Shown: positions 30,863-40,988 of the stretch, piece by piece
How positions within the stretch are numbered: the stretch's first letter is position 1
Layout of the letters: every line of letters begins with the position of its first letter
NCBI GenBank assembly: GCA_963767925.1
Contig: CAVYGB010000002.1
Location: 992,001 to 1,056,000, forward strand
Source: an uncultured delta proteobacterium
Lineage (GTDB): Bacteria; Myxococcota_A; Polyangia; Fen-1088
Reading direction: 5' to 3'
Length of the DNA: 64,000 bases
The notes under the pieces: generated by a model
What the model was told of the DNA's origin: nothing
Seen by the model: only the letters and a program-made list of their open reading frames with translations
The model's database searches: none
Made by a program: the position numbers and the translations under genes

Positions 30863-32725
30863 CTACTTCTTGCTCGCCCGTGTGGACGCGCCCTCGGCGG
30901 CCGCCAGCGAGGGGGCGGCGAGCACCTTGGCCACCTTGCGCAACAGCGAGTCGAAGGTGAGCGGCTTCTCGAGAAAGTCGATGCCCCGGGCCAGATCGCT
31001 GGGCGGCAGCCCCTGGTCCCAGCTATAGCCCGAGATGTAAAGCACGCGCAGGCCGGGCCGCTCCTGCTCCAGGCGGCGGGCCAGCTCCACCCCGCCCATG
31101 CTGGCCATCACGACGTCGGTCACGAGGAGGTGGATGGCGCCGGGATAGGCCCGCGCGCGGGCCAGGGCCTCGGCCCCGTCGGCCGCCGCCAGCACCTGGT
31201 ACCCGCCCTGGCGCAGCAGCCGCTCGGTCACCACCCGCACCCCGGGCTCGTCCTCGGCCAGCAGGATCGTCGCCTGGATCCCGGAAGGCGGCGTCACCGC
31301 CTCGGGCAGCGCCTCGGGCACGGCGCTCTCCGCCGCGCGCGGCAGGTACACCTTGAAGCTGCTGCCCTGCCCCGGCTGCGAATCGACGAGCACGCGCCCG
31401 CCGCTCTGGTCGACCACACCGTAGACCGTCGCCAGGCCCAGCCCGACCCCCTGGCCGACCTCCTTGGTGGTGAAGAACGGCTCGAACGCGCGCCGCCGGG
31501 TCTCGCCGTCCATGCCCACGCCGCTGTCGCTCACCGTGAGCACGACGTACGATCCGGCCGGCAGGGTCTCGTCCCCCTCGGCCGAGACCAGCGCCGTCTC
31601 GATGGTGAGGGTGCCGCCGCCGGCCATGGCGTCGCGGGCGTTGGTGGCCAGGTTGATGATGACCTGCTCGAGCTGCCCCGGATCGGCGCGCACCAGCGCC
31701 CCCAGGGGCGCCAGGGTGACCTCCAGCCCGACGTTCTCCCCGATCAGCCGGCGCAGCAGCCGCTCCATGTCGAGCACCAGCTTGTTCAGATCCAGCACCC
31801 GGGGCGCCAGGTTCTGCCGCCGGCTGAAGGCCAGGAGCTGACGGACCAGGTTGGCCCCCCGCTCGGCCGCGCCCCGCATCTCCTCGACCGCGGTCCGGGT
31901 GTGGGGGCCGAGCTGGGTCCCGCGCAGCAGCACGCTGGCGTTGGCCAGGACCACCGTGAGCAGGTTGTTGAAGTCGTGGGCCACCCCGCCGGCCAGGCGG
32001 CCGACGCTCTCCATACGCTGGGCGTGGCGCAGGACCTCTCCTTGCCGCTGCAGGGCCTCGGTCCGCTCGCTCACCCGCCGCTCGAGGCTGCGGTTGGTCT
32101 CCTCCAGGGTCTCCTGGGCCTGCGACAGCCGGTCCGCCAGGGCCTCGTTCTCGAACCGCAGCCGAAAGGCCTCCGACACCGAGCGGTTGGTGATGCGGGC
32201 GACGAAGGAGATCCCGATCGCGAAGACCACCATGATGAGGCCCATGCCCACATGCAGCCGGTCGCCGAGGACGAAGATCCTGGCCACCAGCGGGGTGAGG
32301 GCCGGCACCAGGAAGGCCCAGAAGGCCGGCAGGTAACAGGACAGGGTCCCGGCCGCCGCCGCCCCCATGCCCCCCACCACGAAGGGCACCAGGATCTGCG
32401 ACAGGTCGCCGGCCCGCCCGAACAGCACCGCGCCCGCCGTCCCCCACAGCAGGCCCGCCACCGCCGACCCGCTGACGAAGTAGAGCCCCCAGCGGGGCGC
32501 CTCCGCCGGACCGGGACGCGCCCGCCGGAAGCCCCGGCCCAGCTCCGCCCGGACGACGGCCATCAGCGCCATCGATCCGCACCAGACGACAAGGAAGAGG
32601 CGCGGCCCATCCTTCCAGAAGATGCCGCTGACGATCAGGGCGTTGAGGACGTTGGCCAGCAGGACCGGCCGGCTCTGCTCGTAGAGGGTACGGATCTGCT
32701 CGCCACGAACCGCACCTTTGGTCAT
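30863..32725 (-). CDS. Membrane hybrid sensor histidine kinase / response regulator
   Basis: H-box LAGGVAHDFNNLL, N-box QVIINLATNARDAM, FEPFFTTK, GVGLGL; receiver motifs ILLAEDE, LLVTDVVM and LEKP. Confidence 0.95.
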   Translation of the reverse strand: MTKGAVRGEQIRTLYEQSRPVLLANVLNALIVSGIFWKDGPRLFLVVWCGSMALMAVVRAELGRGFRRARPGPAEAPRWGLYFVSGSAVAGLLWGTAGAVLFGRAGDLSQILVPFVVGGMGAAAAGTLSCYLPAFWAFLVPALTPLVARIFVLGDRLHVGMGLIMVVFAIGISFVARITNRSVSEAFRLRFENEALADRLSQAQETLEETNRSLERRVSERTEALQRQGEVLRHAQRMESVGRLAGGVAHDFNNLLTVVLANASVLLRGTQLGPHTRTAVEEMRGAAERGANLVRQLLAFSRRQNLAPRVLDLNKLVLDMERLLRRLIGENVGLEVTLAPLGALVRADPGQLEQVIINLATNARDAMAGGGTLTIETALVSAEGDETLPAGSYVVLTVSDSGVGMDGETRRRAFEPFFTTKEVGQGVGLGLATVYGVVDQSGGRVLVDSQPGQGSSFKVYLPRAAESAVPEALPEAVTPPSGIQATILLAEDEPGVRVVTERLLRQGGYQVLAAADGAEALARARAYPGAIHLLVTDVVMASMGGVELARRLEQERPGLRVLYISGYSWDQGLPPSDLARGIDFLEKPLTFDSLLRKVAKVLAAPSLAAAEGASTRASKK

Positions 32726-32958
32726 GAGCGCCTCGACCACCTCCTGCCTCCGCGACCCTACCGCCCCCACAAGACGCCGTCCAGGGAGGCCGCGCCCGAG
32801 CACTGGCGACACCCTACACGCGGCCACACCCCGGCCGAGGCGGCGCGGCTTGCCCGGGGCGATGGCGTCATGTACATGCTCTCAGTGATTTTTTCGGTGC
32901 GGGGGAGGGGGCCACGTGGGGTGGTGCTCGCTGGCGCCGAGGGGGAAGGAGAGGTCAG

Positions 32959-33405
32959 ATGAAGACCGGCACCGCGAGCGAAAAGGTCGATTCCCAGCGA
33001 GCCACCGGGGGCAGCTCGGCGCTGGACGCCTACCTGCAGCGGGCGCGAGAGCTGGCCAACCGCCACCCCGCCGGCGGGGTGGTCGCCGCCGCCGGGGCCG
33101 GGGTGCTCTACGCCGCCGAGCTGACCATCGGCGCCCTCGACGGGATGGGGGTGGCCCGCCCCTTCCGCAACAAGACCGCCTTCGAGCTGCTGGCCGAGCT
33201 CAAGCGGCACCGCGAGGAGCTGCTGGGCCAGACCCAGGCCCCTCGCGAACGCCTGCGCCAGCAGGGCGAGCGGCTGCGCCAGCAGGGCGAGAAGCTGCTC
33301 GAGAAGGGCCGGGCCCAGGGCGAGCAGCTCCTGCGCCGGGGCCGGGCCCTCTGGCCCTTCCCGCGCCGCGAGCCCCCGCCCAGCAAGCCCGTCGCCCAGG
33401 CCTGA
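32959..33405 (+). CDS. Hypothetical protein with heptad-like C-terminal repeats
   Basis: GGAGAGG RBS; (ERLRQQG)n repeats; host-like codon usage. Confidence 0.65.
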   Translation: MKTGTASEKVDSQRATGGSSALDAYLQRARELANRHPAGGVVAAAGAGVLYAAELTIGALDGMGVARPFRNKTAFELLAELKRHREELLGQTQAPRERLRQQGERLRQQGEKLLEKGRAQGEQLLRRGRALWPFPRREPPPSKPVAQA

Positions 33406-33473
33406 GCGGGCGGCGCACCCCCGGCGCGCGATGCCGGTGCGAACACGGCGCGGAGAGCGGCACCGCCCCGGGG

Positions 33474-34001
33474 TCAAGACGTCGCGGCGAAGCTGCGGGT
33501 GTCCATGCGATCGATGTAGAGGGTGCCCTGGAGGTGATCGATCTCGTGCTGCAGGATGCGGGCGTACCAGCCCGACGCCTGCAGGGTCACCGGCTCGCCG
33601 CGGTGGTCGAGGGCCCGCACCTCGACCGCCTGGGCCCGGGCCACCCGGGCCAGGTAGCCGGGCACGCTGAGGCAGCCCTCGGCGAACACGGCCGGCCCCT
33701 GGTCGATCACGGTCAGGTGGGGGTTGGCGATGACGTGGAAGGGGACCGGCTGGCGGCCCAGCTCGGCCAGCTCCTCGGGGGACAGGCGCTGGTGGTATTC
33801 GGGCCGGTCCTCGATCACCGCGAGCTGCAGGGCCTCGCCGATCTGGGGGGCCGCCAGCCCGACCCCCGGGGCGGCGTACATCGTCTCCCGCATCGATTCT
33901 ATGAGCTGCACGATGCGCGGCCCGCGCAGCTCCTCGGGCGTCAGCGGTCGGGCCACGATGCGCAGAACCGGGTCGCCAGCACGAACGATCGGGAGAGCCA
34001 C
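33474..34001 (-). CDS. def: Peptide deformylase
   Basis: GVGLAAPQIG, EGCLS and QHEIDHL motifs. Confidence 0.97.
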   Translation of the reverse strand: MALPIVRAGDPVLRIVARPLTPEELRGPRIVQLIESMRETMYAAPGVGLAAPQIGEALQLAVIEDRPEYHQRLSPEELAELGRQPVPFHVIANPHLTVIDQGPAVFAEGCLSVPGYLARVARAQAVEVRALDHRGEPVTLQASGWYARILQHEIDHLQGTLYIDRMDTRSFAATS

Positions 34002-34092
34002 CGCCCCGATTTGACCACAACCGGCCGGCGCGTGCCACCCCCCCTCGGGGCGGCTGTTGCTGTCCCCGCCGCCGTGCCGGCGGCTGTTGCGG

Positions 34093-35994
34093 CTAGCGGG
34101 CGGGCTCGATGTGCAGGGCGAAGCCGCCGGCGGCGAGCATCGGAATCTCGAGGGTGTCCGCGGCGGTGACGTCCTTTTTCTCCTGGACCAGCGCCGTCTT
34201 GCTGTCGCCGTCGCGGTAGATGTGGGCCCGGTGGGGCCCGCGGCCGAGAAAGGCCAGGGGGACGCGGCCGGTGCGGGCCTGCCCGGTGATCCCCCCCACG
34301 AACCAGCTCCGGCCGCGGCGGCGGGCCAGCAGGGTGTGGCTGCCGGGCAGGCCTTCGAGGAAGCGGAGGTCGTCCCAGGCGGCGGGCACCGCCTTCAAGA
34401 AGTCGACCCCGGCAAAGCCGAGGATCCGATCGTGCCGCTCGGCGAAGATCTGGATGCCCGTCTCGTACAGGACCGCCTGCGCGAGCTGGTAAGCCAGCGA
34501 CCCGGCCGAGCGGGTCAGGTGAAGGGGGGTGAAGCTGACCGGCCCGATGACGTTGCGCACGTAGGGGATGGTCAGGTCGTGCTGCAGGTTCTGCGTCCGG
34601 CGCTCGAGGCCATAGACCGCCTCGGCGCTCATGACGTGGGGCCAGCGCCGCCGCTCACCCGAGGGCACCGCGCAGCCGTGGTACTCGACCAGCAGGCGGT
34701 GCCGGGCGGCGATCTCCGAGAGGAAGTCGCGCACCACCAGGCGGGCCTGGGTGTCCTCGAGATCGTCGGTCTTCTCGGCGGTGTCGTCGCGCTGGTCGAA
34801 GAAGTCGATCTTGGCCCCCCGGATGCCCAGCCGGGCCAGCTCCTTCATCCAGGCCTCGGCCCGCTCGGGCGTGTTGAGGAAGGTCTTGTTGGCCACCTTG
34901 CCCCAGGCGATGATCCCGACGCCCTTGCGCTTGCCGTAGGCGGTCACCTCGGCCATGTCGGGCACCCGCCGCTCCCAGCCGGCGTCGGCCACGTGGTACT
35001 CCCAGCCCATCTTCGCGTCGAAGTCGATCCAGGTGCGGAGCTTGTCCCCGTCGCCGGCCACGAAGTCCCAGCTCGCCCGCCCCGCCCGGATCCAGGCGGC
35101 GTTGCGCAGGCCGGGCTCGGTGGGCGGGTTGAGGTTCTCGATCAGGGTCGACTCGACGATGCGCCCGGGGTGCTCCGGCGACACGATCACCGCCCGCCAG
35201 GGCGAGGCGAAGGGCAACGTCGTCTTGACCGGCTCGCGCTGGTCGAGGGGGAAGGCCACCTGCAGGGCGTTGCCCTGCCGCTGGTAGTTGGGAATGATGT
35301 AGCTGCCGTAGCTGCCGGCCTGGGCGAAGAACAGGAAGTGCTTCTGCACCGGGAGCTGCACCAGCACCGGCATCGAGATCCGCTCGGCGGTGACCGGCCC
35401 CAGCGGCGACTCGTACCCGAAGTTGTTGGGGTGGGCCTGCCCCCAGGCGGCAAAGTCGCCGGCCAGGGGAAAGCGGGTGGTCTCCCCCGCGATCTCGATC
35501 GCCCCCCGCCCCGGCAGCAGGTAACGCAGCCCTATCCCGTCGTCGTAGGCCCGCACCGCGATCCGCAGCTCGCCCGCCCCCTTGCGGAAGGCCAGCTCCA
35601 GCTCGTTGGCCCGGTTGGCGTATCTCGAACGCTTGCCCACCGGCAGGCGGTAGGTCTCCCGGATCGCCTTGCGCCCCTGGCGCAGGAAGGTCAACCCGCC
35701 GGTGAAGTCGCCCGCGCTCGTCGTGAGCCCCAGCGTCCCCCCCTCCACCAGCGCCACCGCGCCGCTGCGGATGGAAAAGCGCAGCCCGCCCGCCCCCCCG
35801 GCGTCGTGCTCGACCGTCACCGCCAGGTTCTTCCCCGGTGAGGCGATTTCGTAGGAGGCGGCCCGGGCCGGCGGCGCGGCGGTGAGAACCACCAGCGCGA
35901 CCGGGGCCAGCAGCGACGACGACCGGACCGCGAACGACCGGTTCGCGAACGGCCGGGAGATCCGGACCAGCGCAGGCAAGGTGCTCCGACTCAT
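34093..35994 (-). CDS. Secreted glycoside hydrolase family 97 protein
   Basis: IASPG, RAYDDGIGLRY, SPWR, NLNPP...WIRAG, ADAGW, GAKIDF, HG...PSG..R.WP..E and VPAAWDD. Confidence 0.9.
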   Translation of the reverse strand: MSRSTLPALVRISRPFANRSFAVRSSSLLAPVALVVLTAAPPARAASYEIASPGKNLAVTVEHDAGGAGGLRFSIRSGAVALVEGGTLGLTTSAGDFTGGLTFLRQGRKAIRETYRLPVGKRSRYANRANELELAFRKGAGELRIAVRAYDDGIGLRYLLPGRGAIEIAGETTRFPLAGDFAAWGQAHPNNFGYESPLGPVTAERISMPVLVQLPVQKHFLFFAQAGSYGSYIIPNYQRQGNALQVAFPLDQREPVKTTLPFASPWRAVIVSPEHPGRIVESTLIENLNPPTEPGLRNAAWIRAGRASWDFVAGDGDKLRTWIDFDAKMGWEYHVADAGWERRVPDMAEVTAYGKRKGVGIIAWGKVANKTFLNTPERAEAWMKELARLGIRGAKIDFFDQRDDTAEKTDDLEDTQARLVVRDFLSEIAARHRLLVEYHGCAVPSGERRRWPHVMSAEAVYGLERRTQNLQHDLTIPYVRNVIGPVSFTPLHLTRSAGSLAYQLAQAVLYETGIQIFAERHDRILGFAGVDFLKAVPAAWDDLRFLEGLPGSHTLLARRRGRSWFVGGITGQARTGRVPLAFLGRGPHRAHIYRDGDSKTALVQEKKDVTAADTLEIPMLAAGGFALHIEPAR

Positions 35995-36085
35995 GGGTAG
36001 ACTCCTTGCCCAGAAATACCACCGGGGCGGCCCGGACGCTGAGTCCGAAAAGCCGCCCCGGCGCGTGGCCTGGAAGCCGCGACGA

Positions 36086-36877
36086 TCAGCGCGCCGCGGG
36101 GGCACCGGCCCGCCGGCCGGCCACCCGGAGCTGGTCGTCGACCTCCTTGACCCCCTTGGTGTCCCGGGCGATCTGCAGCGCCCGCTGCCGGGCCGCCTCG
36201 GACGCCACCCGCCCCTTGAGCGTCACCACGAGATCCTTGCTCGTCACCACGTCGACGTTGCTCCCCTTGAGCGCCTCGTCCCCCTCGAGCTCGGCCGCCA
36301 CCCGCGTGTCGACCCAGCTCCGGGTGATGGTCTCGCCCGAGACCATCTTCTCGGGGTCGCCCGGCAGGGTCGCCGGCATCTGCACGTGGACGAAGCCCTT
36401 CTCGTCGGGCAGCCCCGGCGCCGGCGGCGGCTCGATCTGCTCGCCCGGCAGCGCCTCGGCCACCGGCGGCGCCGCCTCACCCGGCGTGGGCGGCTGCATC
36501 GGCGCCACGCTGCCCGCCCCGCTCACCTGCGCCACCGCCTGCGTGCGCTCCTGCTGCTGCGCCAGCCGCTCCTCGACGGTGAGGGGGGCGACCTCGATCT
36601 GGTTGTCGACCCGCCGGACCCCCGGGACGCGCGCGACCTCGGTCGCGTGCTCCTTGGCGGCGTGGAGCGCGACCTTGCCGGTCAAGGTGACGACCCCGCC
36701 GTCCGCCTTCGCCTCGAGGACGTAGTCCCTGAGCTTCTCGTCCTGCACGAGCTGCTCCTCCACGCGCTTGCCCAGCCGGTTGTCTTCCCGGTCAGCGGCC
36801 AGCACCGGACCCGCAGCCAGCGTCACCACCGCGACGCTCGAGAACACGAACGAGAGCCGATTCATCTTCCCCTGCAT
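36086..36877 (-). CDS. Two-BON-domain (OsmY-like) periplasmic protein
   Basis: Signal peptide; GVVTLTG..VPGVRRVDNQI and VVTLKG..TKGVKEVDDQL. Confidence 0.9.
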   Translation of the reverse strand: MQGKMNRLSFVFSSVAVVTLAAGPVLAADREDNRLGKRVEEQLVQDEKLRDYVLEAKADGGVVTLTGKVALHAAKEHATEVARVPGVRRVDNQIEVAPLTVEERLAQQQERTQAVAQVSGAGSVAPMQPPTPGEAAPPVAEALPGEQIEPPPAPGLPDEKGFVHVQMPATLPGDPEKMVSGETITRSWVDTRVAAELEGDEALKGSNVDVVTSKDLVVTLKGRVASEAARQRALQIARDTKGVKEVDDQLRVAGRRAGAPAAR

Positions 36878-37060
36878 CGAAATCCCTCCATCGAGTTTTT
36901 GTTTGTGCAGGGAGGTATCAGCAAGTTCGATGCCCGCCCAAAGAAGTGGCCCGATCCCGCGGGTTTGACCGCTTTCGCCAGCGGGGGGGTCCGCTCGCCG
37001 CCCCCCTCCGTTACTGCTACGTTACGGTCCGATGCCGGAGCTCCCCGACAGGGCGTCCCG

Positions 37061-37462
37061 ATGAGCGCGCTCTCCTCTCCTTTCGAACAGATGGGCGGCC
37101 GCGCCCCCGTCCTGCGCCTGGCCGCGCGCTTTTACGAGGTCATGGAGCAGGAGGAGCCGGCCCTGTCCGCCGTGCACCGCCAGGCCCCCGGCGGCGGCAT
37201 CGACCCCGAGGTCAAGGCCCGCTTCGGCCTGTTCCTTGTCGGCTGGCTGGGCGGCCCGCAGGAATACACCGAGCAACACGGCCACCCGCGGCTGCGCATG
37301 CGCCACGCCCGGGTGGCCATCGACCAGGATCTGCGCGACGCCTGGATCCGCTGCATGGTGCGGGCGATGGACGACTGCGCGGTGGCCGGCCCCGTGCGCG
37401 CCTTCCTGCAACAGCGCTTCGGCGAGGTGGCCGACTTCCTCCGCAACGCCCCGCCGGGATGA
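37061..37462 (+). CDS. Group II truncated hemoglobin
   Basis: FEQMGG, RFY, WLGGP..Y...HGHPRLRMRH and RDAW. Confidence 0.92.
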   Translation: MSALSSPFEQMGGRAPVLRLAARFYEVMEQEEPALSAVHRQAPGGGIDPEVKARFGLFLVGWLGGPQEYTEQHGHPRLRMRHARVAIDQDLRDAWIRCMVRAMDDCAVAGPVRAFLQQRFGEVADFLRNAPPG

Positions 37463-37524
37463 GCGGGGAGGGGGACGCCGGCCGCGGGTCAGCTTCCTCC
37501 GCCCTCGCCGAGTTCCTCCGCGAC

Positions 37525-37554
37525 CACCTCTCCCCGCGGTCTGCCGTGGGGAGA
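37525..37554. repeat. REP-like palindrome with TCTG loop, copy 1
   Basis: CACCTCTCCCCGCGGTCTGCCGTGGGGAGA; exact reverse complement at 53425-53454. Confidence 0.8.
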
Positions 37555-37556
37555 CG

Positions 37557-38279
37557 TCAGCCGAGGTTGTGAAAGACGCTCTGCACGTCTTCGTCCTGCT
37601 CGAGCCAGTCCACCGTGGCCAGCGCTTCGGTGGCCTGCTCCTCGGGCAGCGACATCGGATTGAGCGGGACGTACTCCGACGCCGTCGAGCGCACGGTCAG
37701 CTTGCGCTCCTCGATCGCCGCCTGCAGCTTGCCGAAGCTCGGCAGCGCGCAGCGGACCAGCAGCTCGGGCGTCCCCTTCTCGTCGTTCACCAACCCCGCC
37801 TCCTCGAGCCCATGGTCGATGAGGTCGAGCTCGAGCGCCTCGACGTCGACGCCGGTGGGATCGACGCGGAACACGCCCATCTGGTTGAAGGCGAAGCTCA
37901 CGCTGCCCGAGGATCCCATGTTGCCCCCGTGCTTGAGGAAGCGCATGCGAACGTTGGCCACCGTGCGGGTGGGGTTGTCGGTCATCGCCACCACCAGGAC
38001 GGCCACCCCGTGCGCCGCGTACCCCTCGTACACCAGCTCCTCGTAGTTCGTCATGTCCTTGCCGGCCGCGCGCTTGATGGCCCCCTCGATCTTGTCGCGA
38101 GGCATGCTGAGGGAGCGGGCGTTCTGGATCGCCCGCCGGAGCTGGGGATTGGTATCCGGACTCGGCCCACCCTTCTTGGCCGCGACCGTCAGCTCGCGCG
38201 AAACGCGCGTGAACGCCTTGGCCATCTTGTTCCAGCGGGCGAACATCGTGGCCTTCCGAGTCTCGAAGATCCTGCCCAT
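37557..38279 (-). CDS. yebC: YebC/PmpR-family protein
   Basis: [30 protein letters not shown] and EDVQSVFHN. Confidence 0.95.
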   Translation of the reverse strand: MGRIFETRKATMFARWNKMAKAFTRVSRELTVAAKKGGPSPDTNPQLRRAIQNARSLSMPRDKIEGAIKRAAGKDMTNYEELVYEGYAAHGVAVLVVAMTDNPTRTVANVRMRFLKHGGNMGSSGSVSFAFNQMGVFRVDPTGVDVEALELDLIDHGLEEAGLVNDEKGTPELLVRCALPSFGKLQAAIEERKLTVRSTASEYVPLNPMSLPEEQATEALATVDWLEQDEDVQSVFHNLG

Positions 38280-38400
38280 GCCGGCCCGAGCCTACCTCAG
38301 CTCCCGCCCGCACGATCGCCGCACGTGCACAATCCCCACCACAAGCGTCCCCTCCCCGATCTTCGGTAAATCCCTTCGAGATGCCCGCCGCCCGTTGCCC

Positions 38401-38449
38401 GTTCGCCCTCGCCCCGCGCCAGCGGGGAGAGGGAGGGGGTGAGGGGTCC
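38401..38449. repeat. REP-like element (GTTCGCCCTCGCCCCGC...GCGGGGAGAGGGAGGGGGTGAGGGG family)
   Basis: Near-identical copies at 40671-40720 (reverse), 40886-40930 and 47628-47672. Confidence 0.8.
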
Positions 38450-38483
38450 GGTCTGCCGGCCGGGTCGGGCGCCGGAGGAACCG

Positions 38484-40355
38484 TCAGCCGCGGGAGGGCC
38501 GGCCCCGTCGCCGCGCGGCGATCAGGCCGAACGCGCCAAGCAGCAGGAGGATGCTCGCCGGGTCCGAGGCGTCGCCCAGCCCATAGCGGCACCCCCCCCC
38601 GGGAGCCGCCGGCGGCGTGCTGGGCGGCACCGAGGCACCGCCGCCCGGCGCAGGAGCCGGGGGCGCACCACCAGCGCCGCCAGCACCTCCACCAGCACCA
38701 GCCGGCCCCGCACCCCCGCCACCCGCCATCCCGGTGCCGGGCCCAGGACCGGGGCTGCCACCGGGCGCCGGCCCGGGCGCCGCCCCGGCGCTGCCACCCG
38801 CCCCGGGCGCGCCACCGGCCCCACCAGCCCCACCCGTACCGCCGGGCGCAGGCGCGGCGCCGTCGGAGGGGGCGCCCGCATCGACCGCAGGCGCGGCGGG
38901 CCCGCCGCCGACCACCCCGCACTCGGCCGCCGGCTGGCAGGTGGTCCAGCGGTTGTCCTGGCAGCGCCGCTGCCCCGGACAGGCCAGGTATTTACAGGGC
39001 TCGGCCGCACCCTCGGTGCAGCCGGGCGCGCAGGAGATCTGCGAGCGGACCGAGTTGATGCGCGCCGGGATCCAGCTCTTGAGGCGGATGTATTCGGCCC
39101 CGAAGCTCTTGTTGATGGCCGGCGAGCTGGGATCCCGCCCGCCCCAGGCGATGTCCTTCTCCAGCGGGACGACGTCCTTGACGGTCTGGTAGGCCTCCTC
39201 CCAGACCTTGAGGATCTCCTCGGCCGCCATCGACCCGTTGATGAGCTGGCACATGGTGTCCAGGTAGCGCCGCCGGATCTGGGCCTGGCAGACGGTGGCC
39301 CGGCCGAGCCCCGACGGGTTGGCGCACCAGCGGCCGATCCGCTCGGTGGGGGGACACTTGAGGCTGTTGGGCGCGCAGTTCTGGTTCTGCTGCCCGAACG
39401 TCAGGTCGGTGTCCCAGGGCATGAAGTGCCGCAAGCCCACCCGGGGATCGAAGTAATACCAGTTGAGCCCCTGCCCGCCGGTCGACACCGAGGTGGCGAT
39501 GGTGTCGTCGCCGTTGACGAGGATCTCCCGGATCGCCTCCTGGCGCAGGAGCGCATCGAGATCGAGCCCCTTCTCCGCCGCCGCGATCGAGCCCGCCCCC
39601 GCCGTGGGGAACCAGGCATCGTAGGCCGCCTTGGCGGCGTTGGGCGGACCGTCGTCGTACTCCACCGAGGCCGCGCAGGCGTCCTTGCTGTTCTTGACCA
39701 GCCGCCCCTCGTCGAACCCGAAGCGCCGGCGCAGCGCCGCCTTGTCGATGTCCTCGAGCAGGATGTAGACGCCGTGGTATTCGCCGTCGGGCTTGTCCTC
39801 GGTGTGGATGGTGATCTTGGCGTAGGCCGTGCCGGGCGCGCTGGGCAGCTCGCGCCTGAGCAGGCGCATCGCCACGTGTTCGGCCATCAGCAGCGGCAAC
39901 GGGATGACGGTGTCGCCGAACTTGTTGCCCTGGCCGTTGTTGAGGGTGAGCTTGCGGTAGCCGTTCTTGCCGAACGAGGGCGGCCAGCTCTGCCCCATGG
40001 CCTCGGGCACGGTGTTGTTGAAGGTCTCGTTGAAGTCGATCTTGAGGGGCGGCTTCTGGGGCGCCTCGATCCCGCGCTGCTCGCCGCGCTTCTTGCGGAC
40101 CGCGACCTTCATCCAGGGCCCCTCGGTGCCGCAGCGAAACTGCGCCGGGAAGTCCCGGTACACGGCGTTGCAGGCCTCCCCCGGGCGGTTCGTCACCAGC
40201 CCGTTCCAGTCCGCGCGCGACATCTGCAGATGAAAATCGAGCAGCTCGTTCGGCTTGCCGAACGGATCGTTGCAGTCGGCGCGCCCGGGCGCGGCCGCGA
40301 GGAGGCCCGCCGCGCAGGTGGCGGCAGCCAGGAGCGATCGTTTGGTGGCGTTCAC
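38484..40355 (-). CDS. CotH-kinase-family protein with Gly/Pro linker and MYXO-CTERM sorting signal
   Basis: Signal peptide; RKKRG, KPPLKIDF, KLTLNN, YHGVYILLEDID, NWYYF and PWDTDLTFG; C-terminal GGGC...LLLLGAFGLIAARRR. Confidence 0.88.
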   Translation of the reverse strand: MNATKRSLLAAATCAAGLLAAAPGRADCNDPFGKPNELLDFHLQMSRADWNGLVTNRPGEACNAVYRDFPAQFRCGTEGPWMKVAVRKKRGEQRGIEAPQKPPLKIDFNETFNNTVPEAMGQSWPPSFGKNGYRKLTLNNGQGNKFGDTVIPLPLLMAEHVAMRLLRRELPSAPGTAYAKITIHTEDKPDGEYHGVYILLEDIDKAALRRRFGFDEGRLVKNSKDACAASVEYDDGPPNAAKAAYDAWFPTAGAGSIAAAEKGLDLDALLRQEAIREILVNGDDTIATSVSTGGQGLNWYYFDPRVGLRHFMPWDTDLTFGQQNQNCAPNSLKCPPTERIGRWCANPSGLGRATVCQAQIRRRYLDTMCQLINGSMAAEEILKVWEEAYQTVKDVVPLEKDIAWGGRDPSSPAINKSFGAEYIRLKSWIPARINSVRSQISCAPGCTEGAAEPCKYLACPGQRRCQDNRWTTCQPAAECGVVGGGPAAPAVDAGAPSDGAAPAPGGTGGAGGAGGAPGAGGSAGAAPGPAPGGSPGPGPGTGMAGGGGAGPAGAGGGAGGAGGAPPAPAPGGGASVPPSTPPAAPGGGCRYGLGDASDPASILLLLGAFGLIAARRRGRPSRG

Positions 40356-40666
40356 AGGGGCTCCTTCTTCAGAAGACCGCCGAGAGGCCCGGAACTGCTC
40401 GAGATGCCACCCCGCGGCGAACGTCCGGCACACACACCCGTGACCAGACTGGAACAGTAGTGGCCACAGACACCGTTTTCGGAAGCCCCTTTTTCACCCC
40501 CGAGCCCCCCGCCCCACCCCAGGCCGCACCGCGCCTGCACCGCCAGCCAGCACCACCTGAGGCCCTGACCCCCCACGACGTGCAAAAACGGCCGCTTCCG
40601 CGAGCGACGGAGCCCCAGGAACCGCCGACCGCAGCCCCGGAGCATCGCTTGGTTGAAACCGCGAAC

Positions 40667-40933
40667 GCCGGAGACCCCTCACCCCGTCCCTCTCCCCGCT
40701 GCCGCGGGGCGAGGGCGAACAATCCGCCAGGTGCCCCGATCATCCTCCGAGCGGCACATGTGGCCCGAACTCGCCCGAGATCGCCGCTCCCCCCGGCCCG
40801 TTCACAATCCGCCAGGTGCACCGATCATCCTCCGAGCGGCACATGTGGCCCGAACTCGCCCGAGATCGCCGCTCCCCCCGGGCCCGTTCGCTCTCGCCCC
40901 GCGGAGCGGGGGGAGGGGTGAGGGGTCTCCGGC
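40667..40933. repeat. REPIN-like element: inverted REP pair enclosing an 85-bp tandem duplication
   Basis: Perfect 19-bp terminal inverted repeat GCCGGAGACCCCTCACCCC / GGGGTGAGGGGTCTCCGGC; direct repeats start at 40721 and 40806. Confidence 0.85.
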
Positions 40934-40988
40934 CAGTCCGTCGTTTGCTCTCGACCTGGGCCGCGAGGCCGGCGTCAGGCCGGTGCGA

